A DNA stretch of 64,000 nucleotides, taken from Naegleria gruberi. Its lineage: Eukaryota. The notes beneath the pieces were generated by a model, which saw only the letters and a program-made list of their open reading frames with translations, made no database searches and was not told the origin of the DNA. The position numbers and the translations under genes are program-made. The stretch lies in the NCBI GenBank assembly GCA_000004985.1, contig GG738909.1; one strand, written 5' to 3'. Within the stretch, counting starts at the first letter, position 1; the number at the start of each line of letters is the position of its first letter. This document shows, one piece after another, positions 42,901-56,700 of the stretch.

Positions 42901-45900
42901 TATTGATGGATCAGGTAAAACACCATTAATGGCCATGATTCATGCATTCACTCCTTCAAATTATTCACAACAACATGAACTTGCTGAAGATTCAGATGGT
43001 GAAGCAACACCATTCCCTGTCTCTGCTAAAACAATTCAAGAATCTGTTTTTGATAACATTTTTGATGTGAGTGAACCAGAAAAGAAGAAGAAATTTACAA
43101 AGAAGAAGAAGGATATTTTAATGAGAAAATCAAATAATGATTCAGATGAAGAAATGGAAGATCATGAAGATGAAGATGATGATGAAGAAGATATTTCAGA
43201 TGAAGAACATTCTGAAACAAGTAAACTTGATGATTCAACAATGGTTGATAAATCAATGATGGAAGATGATGAAAGTATTCATTCACATTCATCAGCATCT
43301 TCAGATGATGAAGAAGAAGCAGCAGAACATGAATCAGCAATGATTAATGATTCATTCATTGATGATTCTGAAGCTACTCCTTCTAAATCTAAGAAGGCTT
43401 TATTTAAATCTATTCTTACAACTACAATGGAAGAAGATGAAGAAGAAGTAACAACAAGTACTCCACTTCTACTCCTGGTATATTTGGTGCAACATTCCCA
43501 ACTAGTAGAGCATCAGCAGTAGCATCATCATCTTCTTCAACAACAACAGAAGCAACAGCATCAGCAACAGTTGAAGATTTAGATTCAGATGGTGAACCAT
43601 ATGAAATTGATTATTATGGTAATAAGAGAAAGAAGAGAGAAATTCCAACATCACAATCTGTTGATAGATTTTTAGAATTCCTCGACAAGTATCTTTCATT
43701 AACTAAAACATCACTTAAAAATGCAGTAATTGAACATATTCCATACAAATCAAAAGTTAAAGTTAAAGATGTTCATACAGGTAAAATGAGAGTTAAATCA
43801 TATCCAAATAATGAATGTATTGGATATACACCAATGCACTATGCAATTGCAAGACAATCAGATCAATTAATCAAAGCATTTGTTTCAAAATATAGATTAA
43901 ATGTTAATGCTAAAGATTTCAAAGGTATTACACCACTTCATTTAGCTGTTTCTGCAACAAGTCAAAATGAAGGAATGATTCATGCAGTTAAATATTTATT
44001 GAAATATGGTGCTGAATTGAATGTTAAAGATTCAATTGGTAGAAGTCCATTCTTTTATTCATTTACAAATATTCAATATAATCCTATTTCAAGTGGTGGT
44101 AATTCTTATAATTACAATTATAATAGTAGATATAATAATACAAGTAGTAATGATCCAATTGAATTAGTATCAGATATGTGTAATTTTGAAGGTATTGAAA
44201 CTGATATTACAGATAAATATGGACGTTCACCATTACATTATGCTGCTATTAGTGGTGCAACTATAAGTAGTATTTTCCTAATTCAAAGAGGTGCAGAATT
44301 GAATCGTAAAGATGAAGATGGTAATACTCCAACTAATTTAGCATTATTATCTTCACGTGTTGATTTTGTTGTTACTTTAATTAATAAGGGAGGTGATGTT
44401 CATGCTCCAATTTATGATCAATTATCAATTAATATTAAATCTATTAGACAACAATTGAGAGAACAATTACAAGCTGAAAAGGTTCAATCAATCAAAAAAT
44501 CTAAACATGTTATTGGTGCATCAACAGTTAAAGATTCAGATGATGAAGATGATGAAGATGAAGAATCTGAAGTTGAAGAATCTGATGAAGATTCATATGA
44601 TTCAGATGATTCAAATTATAATTCTAAACCAATGAAATCATCCACATCTGAATCAATTGAAGAAGAACCAATTGAAATTTCACAAGAAGAACAAGTTTCA
44701 ATTTATGAACAAGTTAAAAATAAGCAATTAGATTCATGTACAATGTTTAAATATGCACTTTCTAGATCTTATATGGGATTAGCTTATTTAATTATGCAAG
44801 AACCTAATATTAAACCAACACAAGTAATTTCAGATGCTTTAGAAACACATCAATATAGTCTAGTACAAAAATTAATTAGAAAGACACGTAATGATTTATT
44901 ATTGAATGATTTAAATTCAGATGGTCAAAATGTTATGCATTTAGTTGCAAAGAATTCAGATTCATCACGTGAATGGAAAGATACATGGGCTATTACTATT
45001 ACTAAAATGTTATTACGTCGTTCTTTAAATTTGAATTTAACTGATAAAGTTAAAGGAAGAACACCACTCCATTATGCTTCAATTAATTCAAATGCAGAAT
45101 TAGTTTCATTATTATTGAAACATGGTGCCTCTCCAAATACATTAGATTCAAAATATAAGAGATCTGCACTACATTATGCATGTAAAAATGGTACTGATAC
45201 AACTCATATGAAATATAGATCATCCTATTCATCTTCAACATCTTCAACAGATGCAATTTATTCAATTATTGAATCATTAATTGGATCTAATGCTAATATT
45301 GATATTCAAGAAGGTAAATATGGTAGAACAGCACTTCATTTCTCTGTTTTAAATAGAGATAAATTAGCAGTTAAAGTATTAATAACACATGGTGTTAATA
45401 CTAATGTTAAAGATAGACATTTAAATAGAACACCATTACATTATGCTACTATTGAAAATATAACAGAAATTGTTAAAGTTTTATTAACATCACCTACTAT
45501 TAATGTTAATATTGAAGATAATGATAAGAGAATTGCATTACATTATGCTATTGGTATTAATTTATTTGGTTATATTCAAAATATTGAAATTGTAAAGGAA
45601 TTAGTTAAATCTAAATCTGATATTTTACATCAAGATTTAAATGGTAAATCACCACTTTATTATTCTTTAAGACAAACTAATGGTACCTATACTAAAATAT
45701 TACAACCTAATGAAAGTAAAATTGATGAAAAATTAAGAGAATCTTCACAATCTGAAATTAAATCATTAATTGAATATATGAATACATTTACAATTCCACA
45801 TATAAATGTAAATGTTGAAAAGGATGCTTCACAAGCACTTGAAGATTTTGAAAAGGAAGAATTAACTAGACCTGAAACTGAAGAAGAAAAGAAGGAAAGA

Positions 45901-47541
45901 ATTCCTAAAATGGATAAACATTGTAAATTGAAGAATTGTAAAGTTTTAATTGATGATTCTACTACTACTTCTACTACTTCTAATAAGGATGATAACAATG
46001 ATAATAATACTGATAATACTGATAATAACAATGATAATAACAATGATAACAATGATATTAAATATTATCATACTATATTAAACAAGACAGATGTTAAATA
46101 TGGTACAAGTGGATATAATAATTTTTATATATTACAAATTGGATATAATCAAGATCAAAATTTATATGTACTATTAAATAGATATGGTAGAGTAGGTGAA
46201 GAAGGACAATATCAAACAACACCATTCCAATCTAAAGATGAATGTATATCTGAATTTAAAAAGATATTTAAATCTAAAACAGGTAATGAATGGGGTAAAG
46301 AATTTGAAGAAAAGACTAAAAAGTATAAAGTTGTTGATATTAGTAAGAGAAAAGTTAGAGATCCACTTCAACCTATTGATTTATCTAAATCTGTACAATC
46401 TAAATTACCAACACCTATTTATAATTTAATGAAATTAGTTTGTGATATTACTTTATTAAGAAAAGATTTAATTAGATTAGGTATTTCAGATGAATATTTT
46501 AGTTTAGGTAAATTATCTAAAGATAGATTAAAGAAAGGATATCAAATATTAGGTGATATATTAAAATTAATTAAGGAAACTAATGATCATACAGTACAAT
46601 TACCTGCATCTGAAATTCTAGTTAAATTAAATCAAATTGCAGATTTATCAAATGAATTTTATTCATTAATTCCACATAGAAATTTTGTTAATTGTGCTAT
46701 AAAATCAATTGATAGAGAGAATGATGTTTTAGAAAAGATGAAATCACTTGAAGATTTAATTGAATTAAGAACAGCTGCACGTATTTTATTAGCTGCTACT
46801 TTTAATTTACCTAAAATGAATCCATTAGATTATACTTATCATGGTTTAGATACACAATTAGCATCATTACAATCAACAGATGAAGAATTTTCAATTATTA
46901 ATAGATATATTCAACATACAAATAGACATGCTTGTTCTGTTGATACTGTTAATATATTTAGAGTTAATAGAAAGGGTGAATCTCAAAGATATGAATCATT
47001 CCTATCAAAACAAGAAGAATCCAATAAGAATTGTCATAGAATGTTATTATGGCATGGTAGTCCAATTTCTAATTTCCTTTCAATTCTTTCAAAAGGTTTA
47101 TTAATTGCACCAAAAGAAGCACCTGCAAGTGGATACATGTTTGGTAAGGGTATTTATTGTGCAGATATGTTTTCAAAATCATTTGGATATTGTAGAGCTG
47201 AGAGAGATTCTTCAACCAATGAAACACATGCACTATTATTATTATGTGAAGTTTGTATTGGTAATCCATACAAGACCTATTCTGCTGAATATATGGATCA
47301 AGCAAAGGATGGATTCGATTCTACAATGGGTGTCGGTGAAGTTGGTCCCTCTCCAGATGAACCATTCGTACAATATGATGGTGTACATATTCCATTAGGT
47401 TCAATCACTAGTAATCCAAAACCACCTATTGCTCTAACTCAAAGATATTGGTCATTCCCATTAAGTTACAATGAATACATTGTTTATAACATAGATCAAG
47501 TTAAAATTAGATATATGGTACATGTTAAATCAAAGAATTAA
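39911..47541 (+). CDS. Giant ankyrin-repeat WGR-PARP (poly(ADP-ribose) polymerase). Two ORFs are separated by an apparent frameshift near 43441-43522.
   Basis: ORF1 (39911-43522) has an AT-hook-like RGRPKK, acidic/K-rich tracts and many ANK repeats (TPLHYAAKYGHSQNIEIL, SPLHLAAWYNQIDVCKKLIE ...). ORF2 (43786-47541) has more ANK repeats. It has a WGR domain (YHTILNKTDVKYGTSGYNNFYILQIGYN...LLNRYGRVGEEGQYQ). Its PARP catalytic signature reads LLWHGSPISNFLSILSKGL...GYMFGKGIYCADMFSKSFGYC...LLLLCEVCIGNPY. ORF2's frame is open upstream to 43441 and overlaps the ORF1 tail. The 264-bp spacer is coding-like, not AT-rich intergenic. Confidence 0.6.
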
Positions 47542-47895
47542 TTATATTTATTATATGAAGGAAACCATAAAATAAAATTATTGGAGATTCAATAAATTCC
47601 AATAGATCTTTTACATGGAGGTAAATGATTACAGTAAAACTATTAGAATTACATCAACAATGTGTTGAATTGACAAAACTCCATTTCATTTCGATGGCTT
47701 CCTCAGTTTTTGTTTCAGATACTATTATTATTATTCGATGGAGAATTGAGCTCGTTAAACCTTTCTCTTGTTGTAGCCTCTCCTACATGTGTAGATCTCG
47801 CAACTTCTGATAATTTCATATCAATCGAGCATGATTGTAATGCAAGTAAAAGAGCAGGTCTCCCTGAATCTACTAAACATTCTTTCATAGCAACC

Positions 47896-48333
47896 CTAAT
47901 AATTCTCATCCTCAAATTGATATCTGTTTTTAGTCTTGATATTTTTGAGAATGCTGTGCCTCACGACAAGAGTGTTACTAGCCTTGCAAGAGATGATGAT
48001 AAAGTCTCTATCAATGGTAATGTTCAGCCATATTTTAGAGTTTACCTCCTCCTCAACTGTGAATATCTTGCCTAATTCATCATCCCGAATGCACAATACT
48101 GTGTTGCAGGTTGTGATGAAACATTCACCAACATCATTGAAAGCTAGGGACAGAGGATCTATCAATTTAACAATACCTATTGATGAGAATGTAGAAACAA
48201 GTGTGCCGTCGATTGGATTTAGTTTGACAACTCTATTGTTGCCCGTATCACAAACAAATAATGTAGATTTGTTGTTATTATCATAGTCACCATCATCAAA
48301 TGGAATGCCAAACCCTTCATTGCCAGCAAACAT
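47896..48333 (-). pseudogene. NHL-repeat ORF fragment with atypical codon usage, inside a compositionally odd island. It may be a pseudogene or a mobile-element relic.
   Basis: 145-aa ORF with an NHL motif (LFVCDTGNNRVVKLN). Its codons (GGC, ACG, CGG, CTG, GAC) are rare in the rest of the window. Surrounding DNA (47560-49300) is less AT-rich, holds short direct repeats and has no long ORF. Confidence 0.3.
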
Positions 48334-49307
48334 TTTCAGATGAATATTTCAGAAAATTCATTAGTCATTATCACATAAAGTTTCCAAATCTTTATCAATT
48401 TCCTTGTATTTTCTTCCCAGCTCAAAAATACTGTATCTTGTTACTTCTGAAAGATCCAAAAGTGTTATGGGTAGTTTTTTCATGTCTACACACTACATAG
48501 AGAGCTCTAGCTATACACCCATCACTTTTCTTTTGTATATTTGAGTTTGTTAATATCGCTTTATTCTGATTCTTCCTCCTTTTCGTTGTCTTTTCTAATG
48601 CATATGAACAAATATCACTTCAGGTAAGATCTTATAAGATTTAACTCAATCACATTTGGATGTAAAATATTAGTACACGGGTCTTTGATAATGATGTATT
48701 TGGTTGGTAAGCTATTAATAAATAATTCGCGAATTCAACAGTAAGTAAGAATATCGCTTGGATTGGCACTAAAATATCAATAACTTAGAGTTTGTAAACT
48801 AATTGGTACTGCAAGTTACAGTGTGTTTGAAAATACTCGTATTTACTAACTCTAAGTGTGGTTACTAACTATTTGTGAATATAACTAATGACCGCTTTAG
48901 AAGCTTATACTGCACAAATCATCAGTGGGAAGTTCAACACTCTAAGTGAGAGTTAGTTATTTTGTCATAAGATATGATCTGTGTATACACTCCGCTTTTT
49001 AATGGGATACCAACTTTGTTATTGTACCAACTTTGACCCATAACGACAATAAAAATTTCGTTGTTATAAAATATCCATAACCATTACAAACCATCTTGTT
49101 ATTGGATGTAAGTTGGCATTAAAATCAACACAGTTTTTGAGTTCAGATATTCAATGTTACAATTTATGTGTTTGATAAAGATATTGTTCAATTAAAATTG
49201 GAGAGAAATCATGTCATATGCACATTGAGCAAGTAAGCACCACATAAATTACCAGAATATTGAATAAAGGCAAATAAATCAAATTAAGTTTAATATTTTA
49301 TTTACAT

Positions 49308-52300
49308 TTATAGAATATCAGGAAGAATATCATCAAGTATAAAGTCAGAGTCATCAATATCTAAAGAGTTGTTTTCTGTTTTTGGTGTAATAGAATCAAG
49401 CTTTAACTTTTTAGGTTCAGGTTCAATTGAAGGTTTCTTTGGAGGTAGAAATGTTGGAGGTGATTTATGTTGAGTAAATGATGATACTGCTGCTGAGCTA
49501 TGAGAACTATTTGAAGATGATGGTCTATTAATTGTAGTTATTGGTGATTTGAAAGTTGGTGGAATAAATTTGGGTGTTGATAAAGAAGTAGTACTATTAA
49601 CATTTGAAGAACTACTACCAATATTATTAATATTATTATTATTAGAAATGGAAAGAGGTGTATTGTTGATGGTATTGTTAATTGTTGTAGTAGTAGTAGT
49701 CTTTGATTTGGTTGGAGGAGTTCTCTTAGCAAATGGAGAAATAGAAGCACTTCCTTGAAATGAAAATTTAGCTAATAATTGTTCAAGTTCTGAAGGTTTG
49801 TTTTCTGGTGTAATATTAGTTAATCTATTATTATTATTATTATGATTGGGTGGTGTTGATGGTGGTGGTGATGTTTTTGATAAATTAAAGTTTGGTGGTG
49901 GTGAAGTATTATTAGTAATATTAGTAGTAGTATTATTAGTATTAGTATTTCCTACTGGACTTGGTATTGATGGAATTTGAGATGAAGTTGATAATAATTT
50001 AGGTGGTAATGTCTTATTGTTGGGTAATATAAATTTAGATGGTGTAACAAATTTAGTTGATTGAATTGAATCTGATTGAGTTCTTTTAAATGCATTAGAT
50101 AGATTGAGAAATGATGATGAATTAACTTTCTCTTCTTGTTCATCTTGCATAAAATCATCATTTAATCCACTATTACTTTCATTACTAATGGTAGTGATAT
50201 TGTTGCTACTACTACTACTACTACTGCTATTATTATTTGGAAGTTTTTGTTTGAGATTACTAGTATTTGGTAGTAGTGAAGATGATTTTAACTTTGAAAA
50301 GAAAGGACTTGTCTTTTGAGTAATTGAAGAATTATTCTTCTTTGGAGTTCCAAAAGTAATATCATCATCATCATCATCTGAATTAACTTTCATATCATCC
50401 TCTTCCTCTTCATCATCTAAATGTCTTTTTTTAGTATTATTATTTTTAGTATTATTATTAGTATCTCTAAATGATTTGTTATAAGTATATTCCTTCTTTT
50501 GAGTGCTACTACTAGTATTAAATATTTTAGTATTACTATTATTATTATCATCTCTCATTAATATTATATTTGGTGGTAATTTACCATTCTTTGTACATAA
50601 AAATCCTTTTAAAAAGTCTGTTGCAGTACTATTTGGTGGAGGAACTACTTTTCTAATATCTTCTTCATTGGCATGATGACTTTGAGTACTACTACTACTT
50701 CCAACACTACGACTATTACTACCACGATTAGTAGTATTACTATTACTTCGATTAGATTGAGATAGCTTGGGTGATTCTCTTTCCTTAACTGATGGTGATG
50801 ATTTGAGTTTTTGTTTCTTCTTTTCCAATTCTTCATAATATTCCTCTTCTTCATCTTCATCAAGATAGTCTCTTTCTTTCATATCTTGATAATATGCTGA
50901 TGATGCTCCACCAGCATAACTTCCATCCTCCTCATTATATTCATCCTCATCATTATCATTATCATCATAGGTATTAGTTCTATCAAATATAACTTGATCA
51001 ACATTTCTATCAACATGTGATTCACCATCTACAGATTTACCAACAACTTCTAATTTTTTTTGTAAGAGAGGCCATAAATATTCATCAAAAGTATCCTTTC
51101 CTAATAAATATTTAATAGAGACAGCATTAGTTTGACCCATACGATGTACTCTATCTTCAGCTTGTCTTAAATCACTTGGAGTCCAATATAATTCAGCAAA
51201 TAAAACAGTACTACATGGTGTCATTGTATATCCAACACCTGCAGCTTTAATTGATAGAATGGCAACTCTACAATGACCATTAGTTCTAAATGTATTAACT
51301 AAATTTTGTCTTCTATTTGAATCAGTTGATCCATCAATTCTAATATAATAATCACCTCTCATTTTTTTTTGTAAATCTTTAGATTTCTTTTTCTGACCTT
51401 TTAAATTATAAAATTTAGCCAATTCCAATGCAACACATTCTTCAATTCCATCCATTACTTCTTTATGATAGGCAAATACTAAAAATTTTAAATCACCTGT
51501 ATTTTCAATCATATCTTGAATATATTCTTTAACAGCAGGTAATTTAGCTTTACCTGTCATTGTATACATTCTAAATATTTCACTATTCTTATCAAAATTA
51601 GATTGATTATGTTCTTCTGATGTGATGGCTGTTTTCATCTTTTCAATTGCTCTTTTCATTCTCTCAGCTGAAAATTCTAATTGTTTTAAATCACTTGGTT
51701 TTACACTTAATAAAACACGTTGTCTTTGTTTTTCAGGTAATTCTGATAAAACTGTTTCCTTCCTTCTTCTAATCATTACAGTTCTTGAGAGTAGATAATT
51801 TAATTCTAATACATTTGAACTACCTTTATCATCAAGACCAAATTGTGTTTCTTTAGCATCACAATATCTATAGGTGAATGCACTTCTTGTAAATGTAAAT
51901 TTATCATCCAATAATAAATTTAATTGTGGATAAACTTCAACTGGACGTGATAGAGCAGGTGTACCTGTTATCATTACTAATCTTTTAGCTTGTTTTAGAA
52001 ATGGTACAATGTGTGAACTTCTCTTTGTTGATGAATTTTTAAGATAATGCGACTCATCACAAATGATACAATTAAATTTAATACCATTTAAAATTGCACC
52101 ACCACCACCACCATCATTATTACATGGTTGACTTTCTAACATATTAGCTGCCATTGTATATGAAACTATATTAATATAATTATCAGGTATTTGTTTACCA
52201 TGTGAAATTATTTTAATCTTTTCCATTGTAATATCTGTATGTCCTCTTTCACTTGTTATAAACCATTCTTCAATTTCCTTTCCCCAATTATGTTTAAGTG

Positions 52301-53600
52301 AACTTGGACATATTATTAATAATGGCCAATCTTGTTTAAAATAATACATGGTTGATAATCCTTGAAGTGTTTTACCAACTCCCTATTACATATTATTATT
52401 AAAAATAAATAATATTAAATATTAAATATTAAAATAAATTATATTTAAATATAGTATTAAAATTATTAAAAATAAATATATTAAATATTAAAAAAATAAA
52501 TAAATAAAAAAACCTACCATTTCATCACCTAAAAGAACTCTTCCTTCTCTTTTAACAGCAAATGAAATACCTTGTTTTTGAAATGGTCTTAATTTAGTCC
52601 AAACTTGTTTTGGAAATTTATGTGCCAAATCCAATTCATTACATAATTGATCAGTTTTAGAAATATCAATTTGTGGATAATTATTAATTATTAATTTAAC
52701 AATTTCTGGAAAATCTTGAACTTGAATAGAAGCACCATCAATTTTAACATCAAGTAAAAATGTTCTTAAAGTTTCATGTTGATCTAATGGAAATAAATAT
52801 TCCAAATCATTTAATTTTGTAATCTTGTTATCAAATAATTCTTTAAGTGATCTTAATAATTTATCCATAATAAATCCTAATTTTGGAAATGTTACTAAAA
52901 CACAATCATAATTTGCATTATTAAATACTAAAGTTTCATGTCTATCTTTTTGTTGTTTCATTGCTTGTTGAAGAATATTACTTCCTACTAATTGTAAACT
53001 AATTGGATAATGAACTCCAAGTGTATTCTTAGATGAATAGGTTGAACTATAGAGTGGTCTATTTTGAATCTCTGGATTTAATAAATAATCTGCTACTTTG
53101 GTTCCTTCTTTACACCATTCAAAATAACAACCATGTTCTATATTACAACACCAAAATAATTTACCCTTGTTATTACCTTCTTTAACAACTCTTTTCTGTA
53201 CACACGTAATTTGATGTTTGGGACACAATGGTGCTCCAATATCATCATCATTGTTAGTATTATTATTATTGTTAGTATTATTGGATCCGATAGTTGATGA
53301 TGAAGCCTGTACAAAAGTGGAAGACGATGATGATGATGCACTATTATTTACAAATGATGAAGGTGGTGGTATAAATCTATTCGGAGTATTATTATTATTA
53401 TTATTAAAATTATTATTCGAAGGCTTTGGTTTGACACCATTATCACTCCACTTGAAAAAATTACATCTTTCTCGATCACCAAAATTTCTTGCACATGCCC
53501 AATATTCTCTTCCCATATTATCACCCTTTTTAGTTACACGAAGTTGAGCCAATGCTCCACATTTGCATTGAATTAAATCCGGTGCATGGGAGTCTGACAT
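49308..53600 (-). CDS. SNF2-family DNA-dependent ATPase with two N-terminal GRF-type zinc fingers. Two exons.
   Basis: Exon 1 (52518-53600) has two GRF fingers, CKCGALAQLRVTKKGDNMGREYWACARNFGDRERCNFFKW and CPKHQITCVQKRVVKEGNNKGKLFWCCNIEHGCYFEWC. It ends ...LRPFQKQGISFAVKREGRVLLGDEM. A 135-nt AT-rich intron with a GTAGGT donor follows. Exon 2 (49308-52382) begins GVGKTLQGLSTMYYFKQDWPLLIICPSSL, giving motifs I and Ia. It also carries the DESH-like CDESHYLKN, helicase-C motifs (LSIKAAGVGYTMTPCSTVLFAELYWTPSDLRQAEDRVHRMGQ) and a ~450-aa S/N/T/P-rich tail. Confidence 0.8.
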
Positions 53601-53776
53601 TTTTTTGATGCTTTATTTATTGATTTAATTTTCAACTTTAAAATGGAAAATGTAAAACAAGCCTTTGTTTCAATCCAACAATAAAATCGTACCCAATCAA
53701 AAATTTAATAACTTTTATTAAAAATACAACAATTTCAAACATTTCTGATACAATAATAATAATAATAATAATAAAT

Positions 53777-56700
53777 TTAACCAACAAAGAAATTAGCAGA
53801 TGCACCTGGTGGTGGTTCAGCCTTATAACTATGAATCATTAAATTATGATTTGTTGATGCTTTGAATGGCATTGTTCTAATTAATTCTTGAATTTGAAAA
53901 ACTTTAACAAATTTGTAACCAATTGGATTTTGGAAATGTTTAATTTCCTTAATAACTTCAAATAAAGATTCTCTCTTAATCCAATTAATTAATTCAACAC
54001 CATTTCTATTTGTATTTTTAACATAATCATTATGATTTTCTTCAATATATTGTAAATCTTGTAAATGTACACCTAAATATGGTATAGCTGGAAATGATGA
54101 AGTTTTTAAAACTTCTTTATATTTCTTATAATTATTTTCTTCACTCATTAATTGTTTTAATAAATTTTCAGTATCTTTAGATTTTTGACCAAGTTCACTT
54201 CTTGTATCCTTTAATCTTTTAACTGCACCATTTTCAAATCCACTTAAAATTGCTCTCAATGTATTAAAATTATTCATCTTTCTCAATTGATCACATACTA
54301 TAATTAACATTTTATAAGTATGTTTTCTAGCATAGGTTGTTTGTCCTCTACATATTAATGATGCAACCCACATACTAATATTATCAAAGAAATTCATCAT
54401 ATTTAATACATTAGGTGATCGATGTTTTAATTTGGGTTTTCTCCATGCTTGATTTAATAATTCCTCTGATTTTATAGAATAATACATATCAAATTCATAT
54501 AAACATAATTGTCTTGCCATCTCTTCACCATCTATATCTTCAATACATAAATCACTGGCAAAGATTTTATTCCATGGTATGATTGGTTCAGGTATTTTAT
54601 CAGAACTATTCACATTTCTACTAATTCCACCTCCACCTCCCATTCCAATTCCACTATTATTCATATTCATATTATTATTCATATTATTATTCATATTATT
54701 ATTATTATTATTATTAAATGAAAAAGTATTAATATTTGATAATTTAGACATTTGAGTTATAATTTCATTAATTTTCTTTCTACTCTTATTTAATTTAGCA
54801 TGAATTAAAACTTGTTCATCTAAAAATGATTGTAATTTTTGTAACATGTTATTAGTGAAATGATGAAAATGATTTTCAATCCAAATTAATAAAACTCTAA
54901 TAACAGCAGATTGAATACCATTTTTAACGTCAGGTGTAAATGTAGAAGGTACTTTGAAACGTTGAAATAATTTACCTAAAACTAATTCAGGTGAAGCAAT
55001 TGCCATATAAGTATGTAAAAATACATCAATAAAAGATTGATCTTGTGTTGGTATTGTTAATCTTTCAATTATTCTATTTAATGAACCTGCTTGAAATTGT
55101 TCAAATTTACTAACAGGATCAAATTCAACAATTTCATTTTGTCTTTCAGGTTCTTTCCAAATATTAACATCTTCATCTCTTTTACCAAATTCATCATTTG
55201 TTATACCTAATTCACTCAATTGTTCATCTAATTCTTTCATTATTTGATTCTTATTCTTTTGTAGATAGGCACTTGAATATTTATCTGAAATTATTGTATC
55301 CATTAACTTTTCAGATTTTTTAATAGCCTCCTTACACAATGCATACAATAAACTTTGATCAATATCGATACCAATATATTTCTTACCACTCTCTTCTTCC
55401 AAGGATTTTTTAGTTTCCTTCAATCCTTCAAAATGTAAATGTTGTAATATTATATTAGTAATGTGATCATCATTCAATTTCTTACGAACATCCTTTCTAC
55501 CTGCATTAAATAATTCACCAAAACTTAATGTTCTCCACAGTGGATATAATCTCTCTGATAATTCTTGTGTTACTGGATATTTGTTTAATACACGTGTTCT
55601 CCATTTACTTCTATCTATTATATTATTTGTAGTATTAGTATTACTATTAGTATTATTGGTATTATTAGTATTATTAACAAGATCAGGAGATATTAAAGTG
55701 GATTGAATGAGTGGTCTTGAATTTTCAACTTTCCAATGATCTTCATATACATAATTCATTGAATTTGTAGATAATTGAACTGAATTGTATGGTGGGAATG
55801 GAATATCTGGTAATTTGTTCAACTCTGGAGGTAATTTGAATAATTCTTCTTCTATTTCTTTCTTATTATCACCATTATTATTGTTATTAGTATTGTTATT
55901 GTTATTATTATTTAATAGTTTAGATAAACCAATTCTAATTGGAACACCTTTACCAGCAATATCTTCTGGAAATGGATCTTTAACAGGATGTACGTGTCTA
56001 ATAGCACCATATGGTATTGATGATGATGATGATGAATTATTATTAATTGAAGATGATTTGATTGATTGTTTTCTTGATCTTGTACCACCACTTGGATTTG
56101 ACATGACAGAATGTTTTCTATTTTTAGTATTTGATGATTTTCGATATATGTGTGGATGTAATTGATTCATTTGTGAATTTAAATTATTTAATTCTTCTAA
56201 TTGTCCTTTAAATCTCAATGCTTGTTTAAATAAATTACAATTAGGTGGTAATGGTAATTGACCAACAAATGGTTCAATATTAGATTCCATTAAATTTTCA
56301 CTTCTTTCTTCATAGCTTTTTAATTCATCATCATATGATACTTCATCATTATTTAACATTCTAACTTGTGTTTCAATAGTATAGACAAGACGATGTGGTG
56401 GTACATGTGTATATCTAAATTGTCCATCATCTATTACTTTAGGTTCACTTGGTACTGATGGTTTAGGTGGTTTCTTTTGTGTTGGACTTGAAGAGGATGA
56501 TTTGTTTGTTTTTGTTTTACCATCATGAGAAGTAGTAGAAGCAACACCATTAGTACCAGTACCAGTAGCGGAAGTAATTGCACCACCTAATGATGATGAT
56601 GGAGAAGTAGTTGTACTATTTAAAGTAGTAGTAGATGGTTTAGTAGAGATTCGTCTAGGTTTTTGAGGAATTGGAGGAGGTGTTGATGTTCCATTATTAT

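Noticed and set aside
43441-43522. Programmed -1 ribosomal frameshift joining the two PARP ORFs.
   Set aside because: The frame change needed is -1, but no X-XXY-YYZ slippery heptamer is present in the overlap and no obvious downstream pseudoknot is seen. A 1-nt indel explains it more simply.
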